DNA from: Octopus bimaculoides
Lineage: Eukaryota
Length of the DNA stretch: 36,124 nt
NCBI RefSeq assembly: GCF_001194135.2
Contig: NC_068992.1
Coordinates: 8,343,982-8,380,105 of the forward strand
Reading direction: 5' to 3'
Part shown: piece after piece, positions 1-11,534 of the stretch
How positions within the stretch are numbered: the stretch's first letter is position 1
How the letters are laid out: every line of letters begins with the position of its first letter
Made by a program: the position numbers and the translations under genes
Notes under the pieces: generated by a model
The model's input: the letters and a program-made list of their open reading frames with translations, nothing else
Database searches by the model: none
Told to the model about the DNA's origin: nothing

Positions 1-221
1 TGACCCTTTGAATTACAGGTACAACAGAAACAGGAAGTAAAAGTGAGAGAAAGTTGTGGTGAAAGAGTACAGCAAGGTTCGCCACCATCCCCTGCCGGAG
101 CCTCGTGGAGCTTTAGGTGTTTTCGCTCAATAAACACTCACAACGCCCGGTCTGGGAATCGAAACCGTGATCCTATGACCGCGAGTCCGCTGCCCTAACC
201 AATGGGCCATTGCGCCTCCAC
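1..221 (-). mobile_element. tRNA-derived SINE, family A (5' half; continues upstream of the window)
   Basis: Reverse complement of the 5' part of the full copy at 17529-17912, starting gtggaggcgcaatggcccattggttagggcag with A-box-like and B-box-like (GTTTCGATTCC) motifs. Confidence 0.85.
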
Positions 222-227
222 TATCTA

Positions 228-270
228 TCAACTGGAACCCTCGACGTCGTAAGCGACGGAGTGCCAACAA
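228..270 (+). mobile_element. Family A SINE 3'-terminal fragment
   Basis: tcaactggaaccctcgacgtcgtaagcgacggagtgccaaca matches the 3' end of the copy at 17870-17910. Confidence 0.8.
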
Positions 271-287
271 ACAAATATAGATAGATA

Positions 288-290
<3 letters not shown>

Positions 291-320
<30 letters not shown>

Positions 321-325
321 TGTAC
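291..325. repeat. (TATG)n microsatellite
   Basis: Directly visible tandem tetranucleotide. Confidence 0.95.
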
Positions 326-1171
326 ACATATAAGACAAGGTATAAATAATGGTCATTACATATTTTTCCTTTATTAGAGGATTTCCAGTAGTCATTATAG
401 GTACGTTACCAATAGGTTTACTCAACTGGTCTATTGATCAATTGAGAAAAATTTAACGACCTAAAAAATATCAATGCTACTTTCGTCATACTTTTTATTA
501 AACCTGGAAAAAAAATTATCACAACTGTCAAACAAACGGCAAAACATGAAACTCTGAGTAGCAGTTTGTGAAGATTTTTTCTTTTTTTTTTTTTTTGCTT
601 TAAAAAAAAATCATATTACTCTAACCTTCGGTATTTGAGTATTATTATTTCCACCTTGTTTTACATTTATTTGCTTTACTTGTGTGTGTGNNNNNNNNNN
701 NNNNNNNNNNNNNNNNNNNNNNNNNNNNNNNNNNNNNNNNNNNNNNNNNNNNNNNNNNNNNNNNNNNNNNNNNNNNNNNNNNNNNNNNNNNNNNNNNNNN
801 NNNNNNNNNNNNNNNNNNNNNNNNNNNNNNNNNNNNNNNNNNNNNNNNNNNNNNNNNNNNNNNNNNNNNNNNNNNNNNNNNNNNNNNNNNNNNNNNNNNN
901 NNNNNNNNNNNNNNNNNNNNNNNNNNNNNNNNNNNNNNNNNNNNNNNNNNNNNNNNNNNNNNNNNNNNNNNNNNNNNNNNNNNNNNNNNNNNNNNNNNNN
1001 NNNNNNNNNNNNNNNNNNNNNNNNNNNNNNNNNNNNNNNNNNNNNNNNNNNNNNNNNNNNNNNNNNNNNNNNNNNNNNNNNNNNNNNNNNNNNNNNNNNN
1101 NNNNNNNNNNNNNNNNNNNNNNNNNNNNNNNNNNNNTTATAACATATAAAAAAGCTCGTGAATTCCATTTT

Positions 1172-1212
<41 letters not shown>

Positions 1213-1562
1213 ACGGGCCTCTTTATAGTTTCCGTCCACAGATTTCCGTCACATTATATTATTATTGACAAATCCGGGTCATTGATGGAAGACGCTTGCC
1301 CAAGGGGATGCGTAGTGGAATCGAATCGGAAAACGGGAGTTTACGAAAAGAACTTCCTAACACGGCTGTATCTGATACTATATATATCAATACAATTAGT
1401 TAAACGTTTTGTTATGCCTACGGCTATATTCGTTTTCTTCGATAATAAACACAATTCAAGAACATTGAGTTTTCCAGTAATCTTCTGTTTATTCATAAAA
1501 TACAGCGACTGGAAAATATTACAACTCTAAATGTATGTATTAACATTATTTACAACTCAAAT

Positions 1563-1717
1563 GGCGGTGAGCTGGCTCAATCGTTAGAGCGAAGGACAAA
1601 GTGCTTAACAGCATTTCTTTCGGTTCCTTACGCTCTCAGTCTTTATTCTGCCGATCAGAGACCGTGTAATCGTTTTGTCCCCTCACTAAGATTACTGGCC
1701 TTGGGCTAAAATTTAAA
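1563..1717 (+). mobile_element. Family B SINE, degraded and internally deleted
   Basis: Head ggcggtgagctggctcaatcgttag and tail ccttgggctaaaatttaaa resemble the better copies at 5136 and 24575. Confidence 0.6.
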
Positions 1718-1730
1718 AGGCTTATAATCT

Positions 1731-1941
1731 TTCTTTCTACTATAGGCACAAGGTCTTAAGGGAGAGGGAGACAGTCGATTTTATTGACCCCCACCCCGGT
1801 ACTTAACTGGTTGTTATTTCATCGACCCTGAACGATGAAAGGCTAAGTCGAACTCGGCGTAATTTGAACAGAGAACGTAAAGGCGGACTAAATGCCACTA
1901 ACAAGTTTAACCGGCGTGCTAACAATTCTGTCAGTTCGCTG
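1731..1941 (-). mobile_element. Family B SINE
   Basis: ggcacaagg...atcgaccctgaacgatgaaaggctaagtcgaactcggcgtaatttgaac...gtgctaacaattctgtcagttcgc is the reverse complement of the family B pattern. Confidence 0.8.
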
Positions 1942-1999
1942 GTATTTTGAAAAAATTATATACGATTCACACGTATATTTTAAGTTGATAAGGTGTGAT

Positions 2000-2060
2000 T
2001 TGAATGTCACTTAGCTGTTATTTCTAGAAAGTCGAGCAATTACATAGAGACACCTTTTCG
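2000..2060 (+). repeat. Fragment of dispersed repeat family E (tagctgttatttctag core)
   Basis: The core recurs at 21598-21645 (minus) and 32305-32360 (plus). Confidence 0.45.
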
Positions 2061-5000
2061 TTGTTGTTTAGACATACATCAATGCTGAGCACGCAAACCT
2101 CTGATCAAAAGCATTCCAACCAGACTCATCATATCTCAACGAAATACATACATATCTGTGTCTATTGATATGCAAACAGATCAGATCTGCATGTGTCTGT
2201 CCTCATTCCTACTTTTATATTAACATTGCTTGAAAAACGGTTGCAATGGTGCTTTTTACTAATATTTCGTAAACTTTTAGTTCGACAATTAGAGATCGAT
2301 AAATTGTGTAAGCAGACATAAAAGTAAGTATTGAGGTCGATATAATCCATCCAGATGGTCGCCGTCCAGTGAGGAAAACTTCAAAACTATAAAAGAAAAA
2401 CGGCAACAATTTTGATCATTGATGGTTGACCGTGGATTAAACGGTAGCAAATATATCACAATTATATTATTAGGGATCAGCCTTAAAGTGTTTAGGCGAA
2501 ATCCTATTTTATAACGCGATTTCATTCAGAAAAGGCTTAGCTAAGTCTTAAGCCATTATTGAGTGTGTATCTGGGTGCATTTCATACTATTTCACATTAA
2601 TCAACCAGAAATCTGCCTCATTCTATTATTTTGTTATTCTCTGCCCTCTATGTTTTCAGACGAGATATTTATTGCCGCATTTTCTCAGTATATTGTCACA
2701 GTAAACCTTCGCATTTAGGTTGATTTGTGAGAAGATGTAGGTGTATGTACAAGTGTTATGCAATATATCTTGTGCAGTGTATGTTTTTATATGTATATAT
2801 TTCTTTTGTTGTAACGTTGCGTAATGTAGATTGTATTGTGTTACTCTGTGTTGTGTAATGCATGATATATAATAGGTACAGCGTGTAGCGTTGCATGAAC
2901 CTCTATTGCGTACTGTATATTGCATAATGAAAATGTGTACGTATGAGTGTGCGTGCGTGCGTGCGTGCGTGCGCTTGTCCGTGTGTGCGTATTTGCATAC
3001 CTTTTTATACGAGAATTAGAATAATTAAATAACAATTTCAAAACAATATGAATACTTTTGCCTCGACTTCATTTGTCACTAAAATTGTATATTTATAAAC
3101 ATTTCATTGGCAAACTTTGACCTTTTTACACATGTGATTGTAAATTTCCCTATTTTATCCACTCCTAAATACATTGTATCTATAAAAACGATGGATGCTC
3201 ACGACGAGAGCACTTTTGGTCATATGTTTGCTCAATTTCTGTTTAAATAGGATAAGCATCACCAACAAAAAGAAGGCACCCCTACGTGATCGACTACAGA
3301 GTCAGCAGAAAAGCATGTTTCTGCTTCAGAGGACATCATCACATATTTTCCATAGTTTATGATTCTGTTTCACTGGCACATGGTATCTTTGGAGAAGATA
3401 TATCTACAACTTCGTTTCTCAGTTGTTTAAGATATTTCTACATCGCCCAGCCACCATCAGCACCAAGTCGTAGCTATTCTCATGCCAGCTTTCTCATCTG
3501 GCCCAGGGCGACAGGCTGTTGTCTCTTTTTTTTTTCTCTCAGACTCATTCTTACGCCACTTGTGGTTTCAGCTTCAATGGGATGGACATTTTTAAAGAAT
3601 GTTTCCCCTCGACTTTACACAACTCTCAAATTGTATTCGGTTAAATGTAGGCCATCGATCATCTACTGGATATTTTGATATCGGACAGAGGTTCCTTAGC
3701 GCAGGTTACTCTTTCATTCATCATTGGTTCTGGTTTTTATAACAACTTATTCACAAGATAGCTTAGTAAATCGAGCGTTGTTGATTTAACAAAAAAACAA
3801 AAAAATCCGATAAGATTTACTGGATTTTATGTATTATTTTGGGCGTTGGTCTGGACTGGTTCTCTTTTATCGTTTGTTACTGTTGATCATTAGTAAAAAC
3901 GGTACATTTTGTCAATTGCTGCTAATCAAGGTATCGATTTCTCGTATATAGTCTCATTATGTCTAGGATTTTAATGAGTGGGAGAAGCTAAATAGTTTGA
4001 CATTCATTCCTTTCTGAAGAGCGTTGTTGACTGGAATGAAGCAAAATATCTACAATCATATATCGAATGTGTGTCGTGGATCCAGTGTCTCTGCTTATTT
4101 AAAGACAAAATATTTGATAGAATTAAGAATGAGAAAGATGTCTTTAGTCTGAAGTCTATGTCGATAAAAATGTAATACATACATACATACACATGTATGT
4201 ATGTATGTATGTATGTATGTATGGTCAGACTATCAGCCAAACCGTGGAAAAGATGTTTTGGTGTCCATGACGTATTCTTCTCAGTTTATAACCAATGAAC
4301 TGAACACTTACTGACTTACTCCACTTTAGCCGCAAACAAGTAACGCAATATATTGCACTTGACCAAGTGAAGCTGTAGTTTTCTGAAATAATTTGAAACT
4401 ATTCAATAAGGTTTGCCGAAAGCCAGATGAATTCTACAAGATTAATCTACTCTATCTGAAAACAATGTCTACACAATGCTATAAAATCTAACACAAAAGT
4501 CTCAAATCGAACCGTAGCAGATCGAAACTAAATTCTCCTCATCATTTAGCCCAGTATTCTAATGCTTCTGTCAGACATCTGAACACTTGAAATAGTGGTA
4601 ATTGGCCACCTTGGATGCCATCTTTATTCATGCATGTTATAATATATAGATAACTTGTAAAGGCAAACGAGAAACTACACGTTTTATTGTTGCTGTTATA
4701 CTTCAAAGTTTTCTAACGTTAATTAGCTGTTTGAAATGTTTTCTACTAAATGTCAACAAGTATTCACAATTGGCCAAGTTACTTGACATTTATGTAACTC
4801 TCTTTATGAATGATATGTGACATTATTCGATCTGCTTTCTGTTAAACGAGTCGAAAGATATGTGTAATAAAAGTGCCAAACGACTTTATGGAAAATATTG
4901 ATCTGTTACTAACACACAACTTTCATACATTTTATAATGGAGGTGGAGAGAAATTAGACTGTGTAACGTTCATTACTTTCGCTTGTGTATTTCTTGCGGA

Positions 5001-5135
5001 AATGAAGTAACAAGACTTAAATCGAGAAGGAAACTCGATTTGCAATTTCTCCGTTTCCGGGATCTTACCTGAGTTCATGCGAAGTGCTGGCTATTTCTTT
5101 TGATCTGTTGCAAGACAATCTTTTTAGGGTAGGAA

Positions 5136-5370
5136 GGCGGCGAACTGGCAGAATGGTTAGCACGCCGGGCGAAATGCTTAGTGGTATTTCGTCTAGCGTT
5201 ACGTTCTGAGTTCAAACTCCGCCGAGGTCGACTTTGCCTTTCATCCTTTCGGGGTTGATTAAATAAGTACCAGTTATGTACTGGGGTCGATTTGATCGAC
5301 TGAAACCCTTTGTCTGTCCTTGTTTGTCCCCTCTATGCTTAGCCCCCTGTGGACAATAAAGAAATAAATA
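5136..5370 (+). mobile_element. Family B tRNA-derived SINE, full length, alternative 3' tail
   Basis: A-box-like TGGCAGAATGG, B-box-like GAGTTCAAACTCC, core gccgaggtcgactttgcctttcatcctttcgggg shared with about 10 other copies; ends in an A-rich aataaagaaataaata. Confidence 0.9.
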
Positions 5371-5874
5371 TTTTTAGAGTAGGTTCATATTCAATAGACA
5401 GTATTCGATAGTGTCGATTGTAGGAAATTTAGCTGCTCTTTCTCTCAGAATAAGAAACCACCTTACAGAATATCTGTATGTGTGTGTGTGTGTGTGTGTA
5501 TGTGTGTGTGTGTGTGTGTACTTTCATCATATATACTATATTAATCAATGCGAANNNNNNNNNNNNNNNNNNNNNNNNNNNNNNNNNNNNNNNNNNNNNN
5601 NNNNNNNNNNNNNNNNNNNNNNNNNNNNNNNNNNNNNNNNNNNNNNNNNNNNNNNNNNNNNNNNNNNNNNNNNNNNNNNNNNNNNNNNNNNNNNNNNNNN
5701 NNNNNNNNNNNNNNNNNNNNNNNNNNNNNNNNNNNNNNNNNNNNNNNNNNNNNNNNNNNNNNNNNNNNNNNNNNNNNNNNNNNNNNNNNNNNNNNNNNNN
5801 NNNNNNNNNNNNNNNNNNNNNNNNNNNNNNNNNNNNNCTGTTTTTCTGGGTTCTGGACTCTTAGATGATTACAT

Positions 5875-5907
<33 letters not shown>

Positions 5908-5934
5908 TATGATGTATATTTGAATATACTCGTG

Positions 5935-5936
<2 letters not shown>

Positions 5937-6006
<70 letters not shown>
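5937..6006. repeat. Compound (TA)n(GA)n microsatellite
   Basis: Directly visible. Confidence 0.95.
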
Positions 6007-6012
<6 letters not shown>

Positions 6013-6059
6013 AAAGAAAGAAAGAAAGAGACAGACAGACAGACAGAGGGAGTGAAGGG

Positions 6060-6275
6060 GCTCAGAGGTTATGGTAATCGGCTCACGATCCTAAGGAATC
6101 GTTTGAGTCCTGGTGGCACTTTGTGTCCTCGATCAAGGTGCATTATTTCACGATAGTCCAGTCCGCTTTGACAGGATAAAAATGTGTAACACCTGTATTT
6201 CAGAGAGCCAACCTTGTCACTTTCCGTGTCACACTGAATCTCTCTGAGAACCACGTCAAGGGTTCGCGTGTCTAT
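6060..6275 (+). mobile_element. Degraded SINE, family D (different head, body shared with family A)
   Basis: cctgtatttcagagagccaaccttgtcac...gtgtcacactgaatctctctgagaaccacgtcaagggt aligns with the family A body at 17730-17805, but the 5' part differs. Confidence 0.65.
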
Positions 6276-6634
6276 CCTAACCGATGTAGTGCCAGTTATA
6301 TATAACACTTTCTGCGTCTGCTTTTATGCATATATCTTTGTGTGCACGCGCACTGACGCTCATATGCGTGCGCGCGCATGTGTGCGCGTGCGTGTGTAGG
6401 TATACTTATTTCGGTACATAACTGTAAATGAATTGGATGTTTTCATAATGTGTGTCTATAAACAGATTATTATGCATTTGTATAAAAGTATTTATCTATT
6501 TATATTTGAATGTGTGTCATTTACAAATTATATCCGTAATCAAGTTGTCTGTATGTGAATGGGCGTAGGCCTAACTGAGTTAATGCTTGTGTATATGTAC
6601 CTAAGTGTACGTATATATATGTGTGTGTACACAC

Positions 6635-6678
<44 letters not shown>

Positions 6679-7696
6679 CAGTATGCACTATCTATGTATC
6701 AACAAGGAAGCAGAGTCAGGTGCACAGTTGCTAATTAGCCGTAATCTAAACTTCCACTAAATGACTTTGCACACTAAATCCATGAGATAATCCTTATTAC
6801 ATGCGCGCTCATACATACACATACTTGTGCGCAAACATACAAATACATACACACACACACACACATACATGCATACACACATAATGAATTGAGAGTAACA
6901 CACTAGTGTGACTGCAATTAAGCGTAAGAAAGTAAGTACTCAATACGATGAAGTAGGCAGGAATAATAATATCTATTAATATCTATTCATAGGTGAATCT
7001 GTGAGAATGACTGCTCGGTGTTCATGTTACTAATTCCTGATGAAGACAGGCACCGAGTAATGACTTACACACAGCCTCTTTATGCTGGAGGGGAATATAC
7101 AGACCTGGTTCGGTCAACATTGAGAGGTCCGATCTTATAATCCAGGAAGAGCGCAATATTACATCAGCCAGCTATATACGGCAATTGAACGCCGTGCAAA
7201 ATCAACTGGAAACTGCTGACACAACCTGCGCCTAGCTTGAGTGACAGTAGGAGTTGCAAGCTTTACTTGACTGAGAGGAGAATAATTCTAAAAGACTCAC
7301 ACGATCCTGAGTCCTACATGACTTTCTGAATAATAAACACGCCTAACAATAAAATAATTACCTTGGATTTTTTCTTCGTAGTGCGGCCCGTCTGATACTG
7401 AGCCATGTTTCATGCAGCCCAGTTCTTGAAAAAATTTGCCAATGCCTGGCATAAGTGTGGCACAAAATGAGAACGCTAGTTTTAAGATATCAGGCAATAA
7501 TATATGTATGCTCGTTGTGGTTTGTGTGTGTTACGTAGGAAGTTTTGGATGTCCTGTAAATTAATATCTAAGTTATTAACACACTGTTCGTATTGATCGT
7601 TCATTTATCTTCTCGGTCTTTCAATAATCGACTCGAATCCGGGACTATTTCATGTATAATCCCTTTATAGCATTACGGTAGTAACAGCTTTGTCAG

Positions 7697-7698
<2 letters not shown>

Positions 7699-7736
<38 letters not shown>

Positions 7737-7991
7737 TCTTCCTCCCTTCCCATTTCTCTCTTCCTCTCTCTCTCCCTCCTCTCTCTCTCTCCCTCCTCTC
7801 TCTCCTTTTCTTCTCTGAATATTCCTATATCTATTTCATTATCTCACCCTCTCTATTTCACTTCCTTTCTTTCGCTTATTTTCTGTTACTTTTCCCTCTC
7901 ACTCTCACATTATATTTTACCCATTCTCACATTCACTTTCTCTCTCTCTCTCTCCCTCTCCTTCTCTCTCTCTCTCTTTCACCCTCTCTCA
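7699..7991. repeat. (CT)n-rich polypyrimidine low-complexity tract
   Basis: About 290 bp of almost pure C/T with several (CT)n runs. Confidence 0.9.
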
Positions 7992-8041
7992 CATGACCAA
8001 TATTTATTGCTCTACAGAGATTAGTTCAGATTATAGAATAT

Positions 8042-8042
<1 letters not shown>

Positions 8043-8109
<67 letters not shown>

Positions 8110-8536
8110 NNNNNNNNNNNNNNNNNNNNNNNNNNNNNNNNNNNNNNNNNNNNNNNNNNNNNNNNNNNNNNNNNNNNNNNNNNNNNNNNNNNNNNNNNNN
8201 NNNNNNNNNNNNNNNNNNNNNNNNNNNNNNNNNNNNNNNNNNNNNNNNNNNNNNNNNNNNNNNNNNNNNNNNNNNNNNNNNNNNNNNNNNNNNNNNNNNN
8301 NNNNNNNNNNNNNNNNNNNNNNNNNNNNNNNNNNNNNNNNNNNNNNNNNNNNNNNNNNNNNNNNNNNNNNNNNNNNNNNNNNNNNNNNNNNNNNNNNNNN
8401 NNNNNNNNNNNNNNNNNNNNNNNNNNNNNNNNNNNNNNNNNNNNNNNNNNNNNNNNNNNNNNNNNNNNNNNNNNNNNNNNNNNNNNNNNNNNNNNNNNNN
8501 NNNNNNNNNNNNNNNNNNNNNNNNNNNNNNNNNNNN

Positions 8537-8570
<34 letters not shown>
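8043..8570. repeat. (CA)n microsatellite spanning an assembly gap
   Basis: (CA)n on both sides of N-run 8110-8536. Confidence 0.9.
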
Positions 8571-8572
<2 letters not shown>

Positions 8573-9236
8573 ATACACACAGGTTCGCTCGCAAAAATAC
8601 ACATAAAACGCATGTTTAAAGACTAGAGGGGGAGAAAAGGAAAGAGAGAGAGAGAGAGAGAGGGTGGGAAGAAAGATGAAATTCGATCGAAAATAAGTAA
8701 TAATCACAAAATTAAAGTAAAAGCAAAAACTAAAACTAAAATGAGTTCTGTAATGCAAAAGGTATGAAAGAAGTTATATGCAACGTAGAGACATGCTAGC
8801 TGTCGTCCCTCACTGACGAACTTTCTTATCCTAGATGTTAAAGTCCCTAGCTGTCAGCAATGTCCATGCTAAAAATTATAGACAATGACAGCTTGCACAA
8901 CGCCGCTAAGACGATCATCTAAAAGTCCGAGTCTTCCAGAAACAAGCAAGTGCAAGATCCCCGGTTTTACAATGGGAAAATTTTAACCTTTTAGCTCATT
9001 TCTAACTGTTGTAATGCATCCCTATCGGTTTATTTCCTTAATCACTCCATTTCTCCCTCTTACTCCTCTCATTCCTCTCTCTCTCTCTCTCTCTCTCTCC
9101 CTCTCTCTCCCTCTCTCTCTCTCTCGCTTTCTCCTTCTAGGTTCAAGTGATAATTACGAACTTGTACTTTATAGCCAGAAGAGTGTACATAATCCTGTAC
9201 TTTAGTGGTACTTAGTTTATCGCTCGCGCTCCTTTG

Positions 9237-9515
9237 ATGTTTGCTTCCTATCTAAATGGATTCACATTTAGTCCCACTACGTGGCACCCTGGACAAGTGT
9301 CTTTTACTATAGCTCCGAGCCGACCAAATCCTTGCAAATGAGTTTGGTAGACGGAAATTGAAAGAAGCCTGTCGTATATATATACGTATATACCTATGTG
9401 TTTGTGTTTCTCACCCGGAACCGCTTGGCAACCTGTGTTGGTTTGTTTACTTCCTTGTAACTTAGTTGTCGGAAGACACCGATAGGATAAGTACCAACCT
9501 TTAAAAAATAGGCAT
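9237..9515 (+). mobile_element. Family C SINE (degraded)
   Basis: agtcccactacgtggcaccctggacaagtgtcttttactatagc...ggtagacggaaattgaaagaagcc matches copies at 30187 (plus) and at 11535 and 30371 (minus). Confidence 0.8.
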
Positions 9516-9559
9516 TCATAGGTCAATGAAATTTTAGGGTAGATGAACAGACTAGTGAT

Positions 9560-9845
9560 TGTGTTGTGTTGTGTGTTGGCACTCCGTCGCTTACGACGTC
9601 GAGGGTTCCAGTTGATTCGATCAACGGAACAGCCTGCTCGTGAAATCAACGTGCAAGTGGCTGAACACTCCACAGACACGTGTACCCTTAACGTAGTTCT
9701 CGGGGATATTCAGCGTGACACAGTGTGACAAGGCTGACCCTTTGAAATACAGACACAACAGAAATAGGAAGTAAGAGTGAGAGAAAGTTGTGGTGAAAGA
9801 GTACAGCAGGGTTAGCCACCATCCCCTGCCGGAGCCTCGTGGAGC
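9560..9845 (-). mobile_element. Family A SINE, 5'-truncated (no tRNA head)
   Basis: Reverse complement of 17640-17909 with about 19 mismatches in about 270 bp by manual count. Confidence 0.9.
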
Positions 9846-10047
9846 CTTTTTCAAAATACATTCAGACGACGGGGAACATTTTTATTTCCTGTTGTTTTGC
9901 TTGCTTTTTGCAGTTTCACTAAGATTTATTGTTGTTCTTTGCTTTTTTGTGGGAGGGCTATATTATTTTTGTTATTTTCTTTTGAGCAACCACTCTTCAG
10001 TTTAACAAACAAATCTTACAAAGTTTTTTATTATTCTGTTTTCAGCC

Positions 10048-10791
10048 ATGAATGAAGTAATAATGGAATTCCGACAGAACTATACCTACGGGTATATAGT
10101 GGAATACATCCCAGAAAACCACACCAGATGTTCGAGTTGGATTCTTGTGCCAGGAGAAAACCTTTGGCTTCATACAACACGAGGTGTGATTTATATAATA
10201 GCCATACTGTACATATTTTTAGGAATTGCTATTGTCTCCGATTTATTCATGAGTAGTATTGAGGTAATTACCAGCCAGAAGAGAACAGTCTACAAGTGGG
10301 ATGAAGAGCGGCAGGAGAGAATTGCAAAAGAAGTAATGGTGTGGAACGAAACTGTTGCCAATCTTACACTTCTAGCTCTTGGAAGCAGTGCTCCAGAGAT
10401 ATTATTGGCCACAATAGAGAATGTTTTAAGGCTTGGGGAACAAGGCGGGGAGAAAAACCTTGGTACTTTTACCATTGTAGGTAGCGCTGCTTTCAATTTG
10501 TTAATGATAACCTCCGTTTGTATATCCAGTTTACCAAATGACAAAGTTAAAAAAATCAAAACGTTTGGAGTATTTATTACAACGTCTGTCTGGTCTCTAT
10601 GGGCTTATATATGGATGTATATCGTAACAGCTTTCATCTCTCCCGGAGTTGTAACTATTTGGGAAGCCTGGGTAACTTTCCTATACTTCCCTGCCTTCGT
10701 ACTCCACGCCTACGCACAAGATAACGGCTGGTGGATATGTAAACGAAAGAAACAATCACCAACAGTCATTACTGAGGATCCTCCATCAGTT
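10048..10791 (+). CDS. NCX: Na+/Ca2+ exchanger (SLC8/NCX family) coding exon: N-terminus, TM1-TM5, alpha-1 repeat (248 codons; exon 10046-10791)
   Basis: Translation contains FMSSIEVITSQ, VWNETVANLTLLALGSSAPEILL, TIVGSAAFNL and SPGVVTIWEA, which are hallmark NCX motifs. Acceptor ttattctgttttcag ends at 10045; donor GT|gtaagt starts at 10792 (phase 0). The paralog cannot be assigned. Confidence 0.97.
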
Positions 10792-11187
10792 GTAAGTATT
10801 GTCATTTTTACTCACTGCCGTTTCTTTTCGATTTAATCCGTTCAAATTTGAACGCATTTAAATGTCCTCATTATGTATATATATATATATGCCCTAACTC
10901 TTCGAAACGCTTAGTTTTAGAATGGTGACAGCTGATGAAGGAAATGTTCTCTATGTGGCCTGTGTGTTTTCTGTACTCTGTTTATCATTTTGTCCACGTT
11001 TTGTTTTTGCAACGTCCTGTACCCAGATATGCATCTATATATACAGGTAGATGTAGGTATGTACATACATGTACGTATATATGCATATACTCATTATTTG
11101 TATATATATACATATTGTATGGAGCTCTTTAATTAACCAGCAGCCAAATCGTATCGCTTAAATGAGGAAAAGACACATGAGAATGTA

Positions 11188-11447
11188 TTAGGTTGGTTCA
11201 CATTAAATGTCGCATTTTTAATTACTTGTTATTTCAGTCATTTAAAAACTCAATTATAAATACCTTGCATTTAATCTTGACTCTTTTCTTTCCCAACAAT
11301 ATCGGCATACAAAATTCGTACCCACAGACCTTATGAAAATGTTAACAACCAAACTATGTTGAGTGATTTTCTTGTATGAGTACAAACTGGGTCACTCTGC
11401 CGCAGAAGCTCTACGGAATATCAAGCGGGCCTTTAGTAATGGTTTTG

Positions 11448-11449
<2 letters not shown>
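11188..11449 (+). mobile_element. Mariner (Hsmar1-like) DNA transposon left end with transposase N-terminal pseudogene fragment
   Basis: TA at 11186-11187 is followed by ttaggttggttcacattaaatgtcgcattttt (resembles the Hsmar1 TIR TTAGGTTGGTGCAAAAGTAATTGCGGTTT). From 11333 it reads MKMLTTKLC*VIFLYEYKLGHSAAEALRNIKRAFSNGFV, compared with mariner IRAIFLFEFKMGRKAAETTRNINNAFG. Confidence 0.85.

Positions 11450-11532
<83 letters not shown>
11449..11532. repeat. (CA)n microsatellite
   Basis: Directly visible; probably the internal (TG)n of the adjacent minus-strand family C SINE. Confidence 0.95.

Positions 11533-11534
<2 letters not shown>

Noticed and set aside
3286-3700. 130-aa plus-strand ORF, a strong acceptor-like site at 3542, and a faint minus-strand WLGDV motif resembling an RTE 3' end
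   Set aside because: No recognisable protein, no matching donor with an open frame, and the RTE resemblance is too weak to call by eye.
9543-9854. ORFs 9543-9728 and 9621-9854, and similarly 127-327 and 17307-17633
   Set aside because: They lie in family A SINE copies; the shared peptide ALRRLRRRGFQL reflects repeat identity, not a gene.
10290-10559. Antisense 89-aa ORF inside the NCX exon
   Set aside because: Shadow ORF of the coding strand with no independent support.
10792-10836. Last 14 codons of the 262-aa ORF (VSIVIFTHCRFFSI)
   Set aside because: Read-through into the intron past a consensus gtaagt donor.
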